A stretch of 63,475 nucleotides of DNA, filler included, from Octopus bimaculoides (taxonomy: Eukaryota): the NCBI RefSeq assembly GCF_001194135.2. It is 7 parts of 6 records of this genome, joined end to end, with 100 filler letters (N's around TTAATTAATTAA, not from the genome) between each part and the next. Parts side by side here need not be neighbours in the genome. Positions count along the whole stretch, not along the records: positions 1 to 8,170 come from NC_068991.1; positions 8,271 to 37,352 come from NC_069003.1; 5 more parts are not named here. One strand, given 5' to 3'. The position numbers and the translations under genes are program-made. A model generated the notes under the pieces. The model searched no databases. It was not told the DNA's origin and was given only the letters and a program-made list of their open reading frames with translations. Numbering within the stretch: the stretch's first letter is position 1; the number at the start of each line of letters is the position of its first letter. Positions 1 through 12,030 of the stretch are shown here, in pieces.

Positions 1-82
1 CCGGGGTCGATTTGCTCGACTAAAGGTGGTGCTCCAGTATGGCTGCAGTCAAATGACTGAAACAAGTAAAAGAGTAAAAGAG
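1..82 (+). mobile_element. SINE family A, 3' tail (5' part outside the window)
   Basis: Near-identical to 54146-54220 and to the inverted copy at 53795-53880; ends in (AAAAGAGT)n. Confidence 0.8.
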
Positions 83-84
83 TA

Positions 85-255
85 CTGGCCAAGTCATTAC
101 CGCGTCGGACAAAATGCTTAGTGACATTTTGTTTCGGCTCTTTAGGTTCTGAGTTCAAATACAGCCGAGGTCAACGTTGCTTTTCATTTCTTCAGGATTG
201 ATAAAATAAATTACCAGTCAATTACTGGGGTCGCTGTAATCGACGGCCCCTGAAA
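85..255 (+). mobile_element. SINE family B, degraded
   Basis: Carries the family core GAGTTCAAAT..GCCGAGGTCAAC.TTGCTTTTCAT..GATAAAATAAATTACCAGT..CTGGGGTCG shared with 51782-52000 and 42658-42880. Confidence 0.65.
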
Positions 256-539
256 ACATGCTGGCTTTAAAGTCTGATCTCGACTAGCGTCCCGTGAGCA
301 TGCTGTGATTACGGTCATTTATATACAATGGGAACCGGGTAGTCGATGTAATCGAATTGTCTCCGCTGCTCAAAAATTGCCGGACATGAACACCACAACG
401 CACCGACGTCTCGTTCAGTGGGAAAGGTGTGATTTCGATCACTTATGCAACCATAGCCACTAGGACACTGACCTTATATGTACTACGGCTAAAGGAAAAT
501 GTTTTGGAATACATGCTTTGCTTAACAAATTTTATACTA

Positions 540-568
540 AACTATATTATACTATACTATACTATACT

Positions 569-631
<63 letters not shown>

Positions 632-674
632 TGTATCTTTGTTTTAGTACATTGTAGTATAGAAACAGAAGTAT

Positions 675-730
<56 letters not shown>

Positions 731-838
731 AAGAAGAAGAAGAAGAAGAAGAAGAAGAAGAAGAAGAAGAAGAAGAAGAAGAAGAAGAAGAAGAAGAAGA
801 AGAAGAAGAAGAAGAAGAAGAAGAAGAAGAAGAAGAAG
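540..838. repeat. Compound microsatellite (ACTAT)n-(ATAG)n-(AAT)n-(AAG)n
   Basis: Read directly: (ATAG)n ~571-630, (AAT)n 679-726, (AAG)n 727-838. Confidence 0.95.
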
Positions 839-869
839 CAGAAGAGCAGGAGGAGCAGGAGGATCAAGA

Positions 870-1172
870 AGAAGAAAAGTGGAGAGATATGACAGATTAG
901 CTTGGGAAGTTAAGCAGTTGTGGTCGATGAAAAATGTAGCAGTTGTACCAATAATTGTCGGAGCCCTGGGAGCAGTGAGCCAAAATCTCGAGAAGTATGT
1001 GGAACAAATAGGGGCTGCAATAAGGGTGGAGCACTTGCAGAAAACAGCACTGCTTGGAACCGCTCGAATACTCCGGAAGCTGCCCGAAAAATAAGAGGTG
1101 TTACCTTAGTTCACTGGTAGTGAACAGCTGACATTGTAGTACATCTCCAGCGTTAGAAGCTGTGCAAAAGCA
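870..1172 (+). mobile_element. 5'-truncated R4/Dong-like non-LTR retrotransposon (C-terminal RLE region and 3' UTR)
   Basis: Translation EKVERYDRLAWEVKQLWSMKNVAVVPIIVGALGAV...LQKTALLGTARILRKL* matches the K.KY..L..E...LW...VVP(I/V)VIGALG...LQK..LLGTA.ILR C-terminus of R4/Dong-type RLE LINEs. Followed by AAT repeats. Confidence 0.85.
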
Positions 1173-1189
1173 ATGATATTAATAATAAT

Positions 1190-1380
1190 CTTTTCTACTC
1201 TAGGCACAAGGCCCGAAATTTTGGGGGATGGTACCTGTCGATTAGATCGACCCCAGTACGCAGTTGGTACTTAATTTATCACCCCCGAAAGGATGAAAAG
1301 CAAAGTCGATCTCGGTGGGATTTAAATTCAGAACGTAGCGAAAGGCGAAGTACCACTAATCATTTCGTCCAGCGCACTAG
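1190..1380 (-). mobile_element. SINE family B
   Basis: Reverse complement of the family B body and tail (compare 51782-52000 and 23850-24070). Confidence 0.8.
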
Positions 1381-1384
1381 GAGC

Positions 1385-1712
1385 GATTTCAAAATACAAA
1401 GACTTGGAAATAGAGGTAACTCGAATGCGAAGTCTATAAAGAGTAACAATTCCTATCATATTTGGCGCATTAGGTATGATAAAAAATATTCAGACAAATA
1501 CATAACAAAAGCACCAGGACTAACAAGTATATATAACATACAGAAAATAGCACTACTAGGCACCGCAAACATCCTACGTTAAACACTTTCAATACAGTAA
1601 AAATAAGAGCATCACAACAAACCACAGCACATACCCAAGGCACACAGAGCTGCGCTCGGTAGTGCAGTGAAAGCACGTGACAAAAATAAGACTACTGAAT
1701 AATAATGATAAT
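1385..1712 (+). mobile_element. Second R4/Dong-like family, 3' fragment ending in (AAT)n
   Basis: Decayed KYKDLEIEVTRM...IPII.GALG...IQKIALLGTA.IL. Same family and same 3' end (ACTACTG followed by AAT repeats) as 61738-62135. Confidence 0.85.
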
Positions 1713-2097
1713 ATAAAGTATCAACAATAGCATATATTTTCTTCAATTCTCAAATGATTGCAATTCATTTAAATTTCAAAGAATCGCTTTTAATCTTTTA
1801 ACGTCCAAGTTTTTTTAATCTTATTTCCGAATATGTCTGACATTTAGTCGCCATTATTTTTAAGCTTGCCCGACTGCAATTGCTTCACTAACATTAGTTT
1901 AATTATTATCTAGAGATGAAAAGATTTATTTTTACAACGATTTACTAATTGTTTAGACAGTTTGTATGTAAAAATTATGGGATATATTTACATAAGTGTG
2001 TGTACACGAGTGTGTATGTACGTTTGATTTTGTGCACAGTTGTATATATTAAGATACATGGACTTCTGACGTACGTGCATATTATTGCATACGCTAT

Positions 2098-2140
<43 letters not shown>

Positions 2141-2227
2141 TGTACATCATGGAAATGTGCGTATAATTGCTTGCATAGTTGCATCACTCACCGAATATGT
2201 ATGTAGATGAATATATGTGTTTATGAA

Positions 2228-2310
<83 letters not shown>

Positions 2311-2778
2311 AAGAAATAAATAGGATAATTATCCCCTTTTACAACGCAACTAATTAGCGCTCTAATACAGCGTCAGGAATATAAAGCCAAGAAAGGGAGA
2401 ACAAATTTCAAAGGTCAGTGTTCATATTCACTCAATATATTTCAAAGCATTGGAATACTCCACAGCATACATAGGTGCACTCATATATATATATGATGTA
2501 ATATAAAAATATATGAATATATAAATATATAAATACATAAATGTACTTGCGAGGTTGTATGTCCGTATTAAAATCAATGACGATATTAAAATATGCTCAT
2601 GGTGAATGTATAGCGGTAATCCAAAAAGATGAGAATGTCGGTATAAAATTATCGCAATAAATTCACCATCTGCATATTTGAATATCCTCATTTATTTTAA
2701 TTCGGACATACAAACTCGCAGGTACATTTATGTATTTATTTATTTATACATTTATATATTTTTATATTATATCATGTA

Positions 2779-3310
2779 CACAGGGTTATTCAAAAAGAAT
2801 GAACCGATTTCATTATGCAATGTTTTAATAAGAAAAAGCAATAGAAAAACTCCAATTAAGTCACAAGTATTTACTTGCAATCAAGTTTATTTCCTGTCTT
2901 GCAAGTGTTCAATGTAACCACCACCTGCAGCACGGGCAACATCAATGCGATAAGAGAATTCCTCCCAGACGCGTATCAGCATATCACAATCCACTGAGTC
3001 GATCGCTGTTGTTATTTGATGTTTACGGTCATCGAGGTAATCGGAACACAAACGCTATCTTTTATATATCCCCACAAGAAAAAATCACACACGGTGAGGT
3101 CTGGGGATCTTGCAGGCCAAGCAAAAAGAGCAAGGTCTCGGGCCCCTTTCCGACTAATCCATCGCTGGGGCACATTTTCATTTAAAAGAGCTCGAACTAT
3201 CAGGTGCCAATGGGGCGGTGCTCCTTCTTGTCGAAAAATGAAGTCATGCGAATCTGCTTGCAGTGAAGTGAAGTGTCAGTTTTGGAGCATATCGAGATAG
3301 GTTGTTTGTC
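2779..3310 (-). mobile_element. Tc1/mariner transposase relic, DD41D (rosa/Visitor-like), with the terminal repeat at its 3' end
   Basis: Minus strand reads FIFRQEGAPPHWHLIVRALLNENVPQRWISRKGARDLALFAWPARSPDLTVCDFFLWGYIKD, then after a frameshift RVWEEFSYRIDVARAAGGGYIEHL* (stop 2887-2889). 41 residues lie between the 2nd catalytic position (D changed to E) and the SPD aspartate. End reads TA|CACAGGGTTATTCAAAAAG. Confidence 0.85.
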
Positions 3311-3413
3311 TATCGGTCTCTTCTGCCGAAGCACTGAGTTACGGGGACATAAACACACTAGCAACGGTTGTTAAGCGATGTTGAGGGGACAAACACAGAC
3401 ACACAAACACACA

Positions 3414-3451
<38 letters not shown>

Positions 3452-4177
3452 NNNNNNNNNNNNNNNNNNNNNNNNNNNNNNNNNNNNNNNNNNNNNNNNN
3501 NNNNNNNNNNNNNNNNNNNNNNNNNNNNNNNNNNNNNNNNNNNNNNNNNNNNNNNNNNNNNNNNNNNNNNNNNNNNNNNNNNNNNNNNNNNNNNNNNNNN
3601 NNNNNNNNNNNNNNNNNNNNNNNNNNNNNNNNNNNNNNNNNNNNNNNNNNNNNNNNNNNNNNNNNNNNNNNNNNNNNNNNNNNNNNNNNNNNNNNNNNNN
3701 NNNNNNNNNNNNNNNNNNNNNNNNNNNNNNNNNNNNNNNNNNNNNNNNNNNNNNNNNNNNNNNNNNNNNNNNNNNNNNNNNNNNNNNNNNNNNNNNNNNN
3801 NNNNNNNNNNNNNNNNNNNNNNNNNNNNNNNNNNNNNNNNNNNNNNNNNNNNNNNNNNNNNNNNNNNNNNNNNNNNNNNNNNNNNNNNNNNNNNNNNNNN
3901 NNNNNNNNNNNNNNNNNNNNNNNNNNNNNNNNNNNNNNNNNNNNNNNNNNNNNNNNNNNNNNNNNNNNNNNNNNNNNNNNNNNNNNNNNNNNNNNNNNNN
4001 NNNNNNNNNNNATATATATATACACGGCAGGCTTCTTTCAGTTTCCATCTACCAAATCCACTCACAAGGCTTTGGTCGGCCCGAGGCTACAGTAGAAGAC
4101 ACCTGCCCAAGGTGCCAAGCAGTGGGACTGAACCCGGAACCATATGGTCGGCAAGCAAGCTACTTACCACACAGCCA

Positions 4178-4178
<1 letters not shown>
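3311..4178 (-). mobile_element. SINE family A spanning its internal (TA)n tract and an N gap; abuts the mariner relic
   Basis: Head at 4021-4178 (A box TGGCTGTGTGGT, B box GGTTCAGTCCC, GGCACCTTGGGCAGGTGTCTTCTAC core); post-microsatellite segment at 3311-3420; gap 3452-4010. Confidence 0.75.
3452..4010. other. Sized N gap. Others at 13741-13750, 15969-16137, 18755-19188, 19969-20072 and 24143-24172
   Basis: N runs, several bordered by (TA)n or other simple repeats. Confidence 0.95.
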
Positions 4179-4215
<37 letters not shown>

Positions 4216-4629
4216 ATGTATATATGTATATATGTATATATATACACATGTATGTATGTATGCATGCATGTATGTATGTATGTATATTAGTGTGACGATA
4301 TCAATGTGCGTATAGCTATATTTTTCTCTGTGCATGAGTATGAAATGAGGACAGCAGCAAAGCTTGCACACACGGTGTGTTTCGCTGTTGATCTATGTGG
4401 GTGTTGTATGTGTTGTGAGTATGGTCTTTGTGAGTGTTGTGTATGTTCTGTATGCTTTTATGTGCCTTACAGTCACTGGAAGACGTGCGTTGTCTGAATG
4501 AATGTACTAAAGTTAACGTCTCTACGCTGACCTGGTGTGTGTTTATATGCATGCACATGTGTATTTTCTCCTACGTATATGTGTGTGTATTTGTGTGTGT
4601 TTGCGTGGATTTTGTGTATTTGTGTGTGT

Positions 4630-4675
<46 letters not shown>

Positions 4676-5090
4676 TGTACAAGATTGTGTTTTCATGTCC
4701 GTTCCTGTATAGGTTTTCTATATGAATGCTGCCTCCTACAAATTTATGCTATGTTACGTATGTACGTATGTATGTATGTATGTATGTATGTATGTATGTA
4801 TGTATGAATGTATACTATGCATATATTCCCGTGTATATATGTGTCTGTATACATAAGAGCCATCATGTGTGCATATCTCACTGTACGCAAGAGCCTGTTA
4901 GTATACTTTAAACATTCGTGCAAGCTTCCGTATGTGAGAATGTGTAAAAGTATGTCTGCGAGTATGTGCTTAATAGCTCGTGTATATTTCTGCGTGTGTG
5001 TACACCAGTGTTTGTGTTGTGTGTCACTGCCTGTGGTGCGTGCGCGTATACGAGTGTCCGCATGTAGGAGTATGTACGTGCGTGGTGTGT

Positions 5091-5177
<87 letters not shown>

Positions 5178-5478
5178 TCTAAGAATGAGACCAATGTCTT
5201 CATAATCAGACTCATATCTCTGTTATCTGAGAACACTTACTATATTTATTGCCGTCATCACACAGCTAAATATGTAGCGTTTCGCTTCTCACCAGCCAAC
5301 GAACCAACGGACCAGCCTGTCCGTACATGAGTCGCTCTGTATCCTAGAAATACCAGCGAATTTTCTCTGAAATCACACCGTGATGCCTTAGAAAACTAAA
5401 GGACATATTCGATAATGTATAGTCTAATAATGGTTACAGCATTCAGAATTCTGACATAATTAATTTGTTATTCTGATA

Positions 5479-5678
5479 TAAGGCCCACAATTCTGAGGGG
5501 ATGGAAAAACCGATTACATTGGCTCAAATACTGGTAAGGTATAGATATTATCGATTCGCAAAAGATGAAAGGTGAGATCGACCTCAGTGTTATTTCAACT
5601 CAGGACGTTAATAACCGGAAGAAATGCCGCAAAGCATTTTGTTCGACGCGCGGTAACCATTCCAAATACTCGCCCACT
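5479..5678 (-). mobile_element. SINE family B, diverged
   Basis: GATGAAAGG.GAGATCGACCTC.G..TTCAACTCAGGACG is the reverse complement of the family B core. Confidence 0.7.
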
Positions 5679-5689
5679 TGTAGATCTGT

Positions 5690-6085
5690 TTTATCTCTTA
5701 CTAGGTTGTCATTAGACTGCAGCCATGCTGGGGCACCGCCTTGAAGAACTTTTAGTCGGGGGAATCGACCCTAGTCATTTTTTTAAAGCCGGTATTTACT
5801 CTATCGGACACTTTTGCCGAACCGCTAAGTTACGGAGACATAAACACACCAAAACCAGTTGTCAAGCGGTGGTAAGGGATAAATATAGACACAAAGACAC
5901 ACACACACACACACACACACATTTTTATATTATCCACAGGCTCCTTTCAGTTTTCCTCAACCAAATCGACTCAGACAGCTTTAGTCTGCCCGAGGCTATA
6001 GTAGAAGGCACTTGCTCAAGGAGCAATACAGTGGGACTGAACTCGGAACCAAGTCGTTGAGAAGAAAGCTTCTTGCCAATTTCAT
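5690..6085 (-). mobile_element. SINE family A, near full length with internal (CA)n
   Basis: Tail (GACTGCAGCCATGCTGGGGCACCGCC), middle segment, internal repeat and head (GTGGGACTGAACTCGGAACC) are all present. Confidence 0.75.
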
Positions 6086-6230
6086 GATTGTAACGGCTTA
6101 GAATACTTTTTATCATGTAGAATGGATCGCATGTGGTTAAACAACAACGTAATAAGATCGTACGAGCTGACGAAGGGAGCCTCGAAATATTGCTTGATAG
6201 ACTTGAAATAGCAGCTAAATATTTCCTTCT

Positions 6231-6880
<650 letters not shown>

Positions 6881-7035
6881 GCCAATCGTTCAACTTTTTA
6901 ATATTTTGTTTCTTTTTTAACGAGGAAGCGTATTTTAGCTAATGAAAGTCTCAAATTACACTATCTAACATGCGATAGTCATGAATGGAATCTTTTCATA
7001 TTGAGGGATATCCATCTATCTATCTATCTAACTAT

Positions 7036-7078
<43 letters not shown>

Positions 7079-7772
7079 TCTCTCTCTCTGTTATCTATCT
7101 ATATATTTATCTATCTAACCATCTATCTATTCATTTACCAGTCTAGCGACCTATCTATTTAAACATCTATCTACCTATCATTCCATCTATCTTTCTATCC
7201 AAATATATATCCATTTGTCTCTCTATCTATCCATCTGTCAATATATCTACCTAACTATTTACCTTCCAATCTATCTATCTATTTATCTATCTATCTATTT
7301 ATCTATCTATCTATCGATCTATCTATCTATCACTCTCTCTATCTATCTATACAACTACCTATCTTTTTATTTGTCGGTCTGTCTATCGTTCTCTCCATAT
7401 ATCTGCAAGGCTGATTCTCTCTTTCTCTCTCTATCACTAGTTTTATCTTCATATTTTTATCTAATCCACATATAAAATACAAACAACAGTTGCTTACGTA
7501 AGGATTCGACCGGCAACAAAGGCCATATATGTGCGTGTATATACATACATACAAACATACATACATACTTATACACACACAGACACACACACTCACACAT
7601 ACACATGAATGTATATGTATATATGCTATGCATATTCTTTATATATATATACGTAAGAAACACCAAAAATACAGTCCATGTTTGATTGACAAGTTTTTGC
7701 CAACTTTTGTCTTCTGATTTTAATGTAGATGCAACTGTGAACCGTGACATCTATGTGTATACATACGCACAC

Positions 7773-7864
<92 letters not shown>

Positions 7865-8170
7865 TTATATAAATGTGTGTGTGCTCGCGTGCGTGTGTGA
7901 GTGTGTGTGTCTGAGTGTGTGAGTGCATGTGTGTATGTATCTGTCTATGTATATATTATACACACACACAATATGCATATATATATACATATATATGCAT
8001 AACTGAGTATGTAAGTATATATATATACTTAAATGTTTACATATATATAAACATATATATAATATATATATGATATGATATGCATGCACACAAATACACG
8101 CATATCTTTATATATTTATATGTGACTTCGTGTGTGTATATATGTATATATGTGCATATATACACGTCTG

Positions 8171-8270
8171 NNNNNNNNNNNNNNNNNNNNNNNNNNNNNN
8201 NNNNNNNNNNNNNNTTAATTAATTAANNNNNNNNNNNNNNNNNNNNNNNNNNNNNNNNNNNNNNNNNNNN
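8171..8270. other. Assembly spacer N44-TTAATTAATTAA-N44. Identical spacers at 37353-37452, 46050-46149, 55852-55951, 58560-58659 and 62136-62235
   Basis: Exactly 100 nt each, with a linker that gives stops in all six frames; artificial. Confidence 0.95.
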
Positions 8271-8959
8271 CATACAAGTACATATTAATTATAAAATGTT
8301 ATTGATTTGCCATATAACGGCGTTACTGCTTGGTGGCCACTAATATTATTGTTATTTATATATTTACTGATAATAATAATAATATCTCTATGAATATCCA
8401 TTCGCGTATTTACTCATCGTATATTGATGCACTCAAATTGTTTTGAATTTCGTACGAGCCTGTTCAACGCTTAACGGACACGGCGAGGCGTGCATGATTT
8501 TAACACTGGGTATTTAGTAAAACCTGCTGAAGAGAATTGAGGAGTGATCCAGAATTCGAAATTATAATCCAGGTATATCCAGAGTTTCATTCAACATCTT
8601 TCAGCTGAGTTGCTGCTGGCAACAGGTAATGCAGTACAACCTGTTGATGGTCAGGTCATCGGCGACTAAACTGGCAACACCACCAGGCTTGCGTGGTGAG
8701 GAGGGTGTTGTTGGACACCCAGTGGGATGAAAAATAAGACCTGTCAAAGGGTGGATGAACTACTGAACAGTCAACAGCCATCCCCAAAAATCTTTATATA
8801 TATATATATATAAGCAAAAACATTCGAATGCTTAACTTCGAAATAAGATGTAACTATAGTTAATACCGTCTATGGCAAATATTTTTAATTGATAATTTTT
8901 ACAGCGGTAACATGGGCGGTTCACATGTTTAATACCATAATAAGTTATAAAATTAGCAG

Positions 8960-9090
8960 GAAGCCATAGGGATGCAGTGAACATCAACTTATTCAGAAAT
9001 GAGAGCTAAGATCTCAATTGGTGCCTTCTGGCAGTTGAATTGAAACTTTAGCTCTCATTTCTAAGTAGGTTGATGCATGCTTAAGGCTTC
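8960..9090. repeat. Palindromic MITE-like element / long hairpin
   Basis: 38-bp inverted repeat, 8982-9019 with 9038-9075 (3 mismatches, 3 G-T), extendable to GAAGCC/GGCTTC. Confidence 0.75.
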
Positions 9091-9438
9091 GCGCGCGCGT
9101 GCGTGCGTATACACACACACACACACACACACATACACAGAGTAAGAGAGAGAGAGAATACTGAGATTATAGATAGACAACCAAAGATCACGTGATTCGT
9201 TTTTATTTTCCAGAAGAGATTAGCCGTAGTACATTTGTTTCAAAACTGTACTTCTTGGCTGTAAATATAAACTAAGTTCTTTGTTTCTGTTCTATTTTCT
9301 ATAACGGTTTTATCATACATACATTTTTATGCAGTTTCCTCTTCTATGCTATTCCATAATTTATATACAAACACTTTTTTCTGTATTTCTCTCTATCTAC
9401 CTATCTCTCCTATTTATCTGTCTATATATTTAGATATG

Positions 9439-9482
<44 letters not shown>

Positions 9483-10139
9483 CATACATGTATGACATAT
9501 ATACACATATATAAACTTAGATGTCAGACATATTTTGAGAACATTATAAAAAATTAATATCTTATATCTGAATAAAGTAAAACAATTTTATCCAAATCCA
9601 ATATAACCAAGGGTCTTTTTCTTTTCTTTCTTATTACTTCCATGTTCATTTGGAAAATGGAAGCTACAACGTCTTTTATTTCTTCGCATTCTCCAAGATA
9701 TTTGATTCTTCTAAGGAAGTCTACGATTCTATTTTAGTTTCTGTAGAAAGAAAATAACACATCAGCTTCCTCTTTCGTTTTGCCATAATCATATAAAGCT
9801 TTGGTCTTTCCAATAATATGATCTACGTTTTTGTTATTTATAATAAAATATATGATTGAGAAATAAGAGTTTTCATTTCGCAATATGAAATAATATATTT
9901 ATATACAGAAGATAATTCATCAATCTGCCTATATTATTCACTCTCTCCACTTCCCTTTCGCTCTCTCTCTCAGACAGCCAGCCATCAAAATATATGTACT
10001 AATACATTTTTACGTATGTTCTTATGTATGTATGCGTCAGTCGGCATTATATGTGTGTGGTGTGTGTGTATATATAATCAAATGGAATAAACGAACATTA
10101 CATATAACAGTAACATATATATTATGTATATAATATAAT

Positions 10140-10400
10140 GTGGAGGCTTAATGACCCATTGTCGCAGGATCGCGGTTTCGATTACCAGTCTGGGAATTGT
10201 GGGTGTTTATTGAACGAAAACAACTAAAGCTCCATGAGACTTCGGCAGGTGGTGGTGGCGAACTCTGCTGTACTCTTTCACCACAACTTTCTCTTTCTTC
10301 CTGTTTCTGTTGTGCCTGTATTTCAAAGGACTAGCTTTGTCACACTGTGTCATGCTGAATCTCCTCGGGAACTACGTTAGGGGTGTCTGTGGAGTCGATT
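10140..10400 (+). mobile_element. SINE family D (tRNA-Arg-like head, internally deleted)
   Basis: GGATCGCGGTTTCGATT B box as in 58660-58735; 3' module shared with family C at 23490-23700. Confidence 0.6.
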
Positions 10401-11989
10401 CTACACATACTCCTCAAAATATTTAACACTAAATTCTTCCTTTTATAATGGAACCTCAATCTCCATTTAAACAAAAAATTAGAATTCATAAGCTTCTGGT
10501 AAATCATATTTACTTTTAAAAAGATGGTGACATTCTTCAAAAGTTCTCATAAAATTTTGTGGCGGATAAATTTCACATCATTTACAGCTTCAGATTTCCT
10601 TTCCGGAAAATCGTTGTATTTCTACAGCCTCTGATCTTACTCTCTTAAACAGCGAGTGGAAAATTTCATGTTTTTTTTAAAAATCTTATTGTAATTTTTT
10701 CTGTATAATATTACTGCGTATAGCTGGTCTCGAAACATGTGGAGATATATAAGTATGGAATGTCTACTGCAATCTGTAGATTTACGTTTTCATAAACGCT
10801 TACTGTTATTTCCAGTCACTCTTTCTACTCAAGTGTGGATGTATAAGTGTTTCTATCAGCACTAGAATTATAATTTTCGGAAATTCTTTATAAATCATAT
10901 TGAGTCATTTATTAGCCATATCTTATATTTGGCATTTCAGGACTATTTTCGTATCCAGGGGCCAACTGAAATGGCAGATTTTGTACATTTACAATAAAGT
11001 GACAAATAACCTCTTTGGTAAAAGTTTAGTTATTCTTAAAGTTCTTCGAGTGCATGCTCTTACGTGTGTAAGTATATCTATCTATCTATTTATCTATCTA
11101 TGTCTATTGCCTTTTAATAGAGCTCGTACGTTGAGAGGTGATGGAGAGGGTGTACAAATCTAAGTACCCTGGTGAGGGAATGCATATTTTGTGTTTATAA
11201 AATGTTACTCGGGAATACTATTAAATTGCTGGCTGACTGCTCCCACCTGTGTGTATCAGTCACCTCTTCTCAAAGTTACTCGCCTTCGCAGAGATTGTAT
11301 GTTAGTGAACTTCAACTATCAATTAGATAAACCCAAGTGCGAGGCTGATATTTCATTTTATCGTCCTCGGGAGGGATGTGCTTAGGATTTCTGTAAGCGG
11401 AAAACGAAATGAAATTTTAAAGAACTTGTACAAATACTTTGTTCCATGCATTAATCAAGCTAATGAAATGCCGTCTTGAAATGAATTCTAACGTACAGCA
11501 TCGTAATATGATGAGACAGCTTTTGTCAGAAGTCGATAGACTACTTTACAGAGAAAGGACTCGAAATATTAACGAAGAATTTAAATAATTTAACGCCATT
11601 CGATGACATAAAACGTAACATCATACATAGAGTGTCATGTCATTTGCTACAGCATGGCATCGTATAATATGAGTGGAGGTTTTTTCATCTATTTTCAGGA
11701 ATATTCAGTTTACCATCAGCTGAATCTCTATACATCAAATTAACATAAACGTGATGAAATGAACCAACGTTACATGAAACGTTAACGTTATTGTCAGGCT
11801 GAATCGCTGTGACATTTGACAAAACAGGACATTGGATTTGGAGGCACAATGAAATGAAAAGCACACATTGAGAAAAGATTCGACCATGCTCTATGAATAT
11901 CGCTTCGTTTACCGACTCCCGAACTATGAAATACGAACCTCATCCGGTTTTGAACGCTGATCCTAAAGAGCTTGCTCACACAGCAATTT

Positions 11990-12030
11990 TCCAACTAAAG
12001 ATTCCTCCGAGTCGCTGCTTTTATATAAAT
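11990..12030 (-). promoter_or_regulatory. Candidate Pol II core promoter (TATA plus Inr-like)
   Basis: Minus-strand TATATAAAAG (12027-12018) lies 29-31 nt upstream of TTAGTT (A at 11996). Motif and spacing evidence only. Confidence 0.35.

Noticed and set aside
562-892. Poly-F/L, poly-N/K and poly-R ORFs
   Set aside because: Translations of (AAT)n and (AAG)n. Only the C-terminal part of ORF 726-1094 is real (LINE fragment).
8215-8226. Recurrent palindrome TTAATTAATTAA (six copies)
   Set aside because: Always centred in N44/N44; an artificial six-frame-stop scaffolding linker, not biology.
8605-8625. Possible 21-nt micro-exon (TTTCAG|CTGAGTTGCTGCTGGCAACAG|GTAATG)
   Set aside because: Good splice motifs but no partner exons, and it abuts a repeat-like segment (8630-8790); such motif pairs arise by chance.
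10700-10760. CTCGAAACATGT, half of a hammerhead
   Set aside because: No matching CTGANGA box or stem II partner found upstream.
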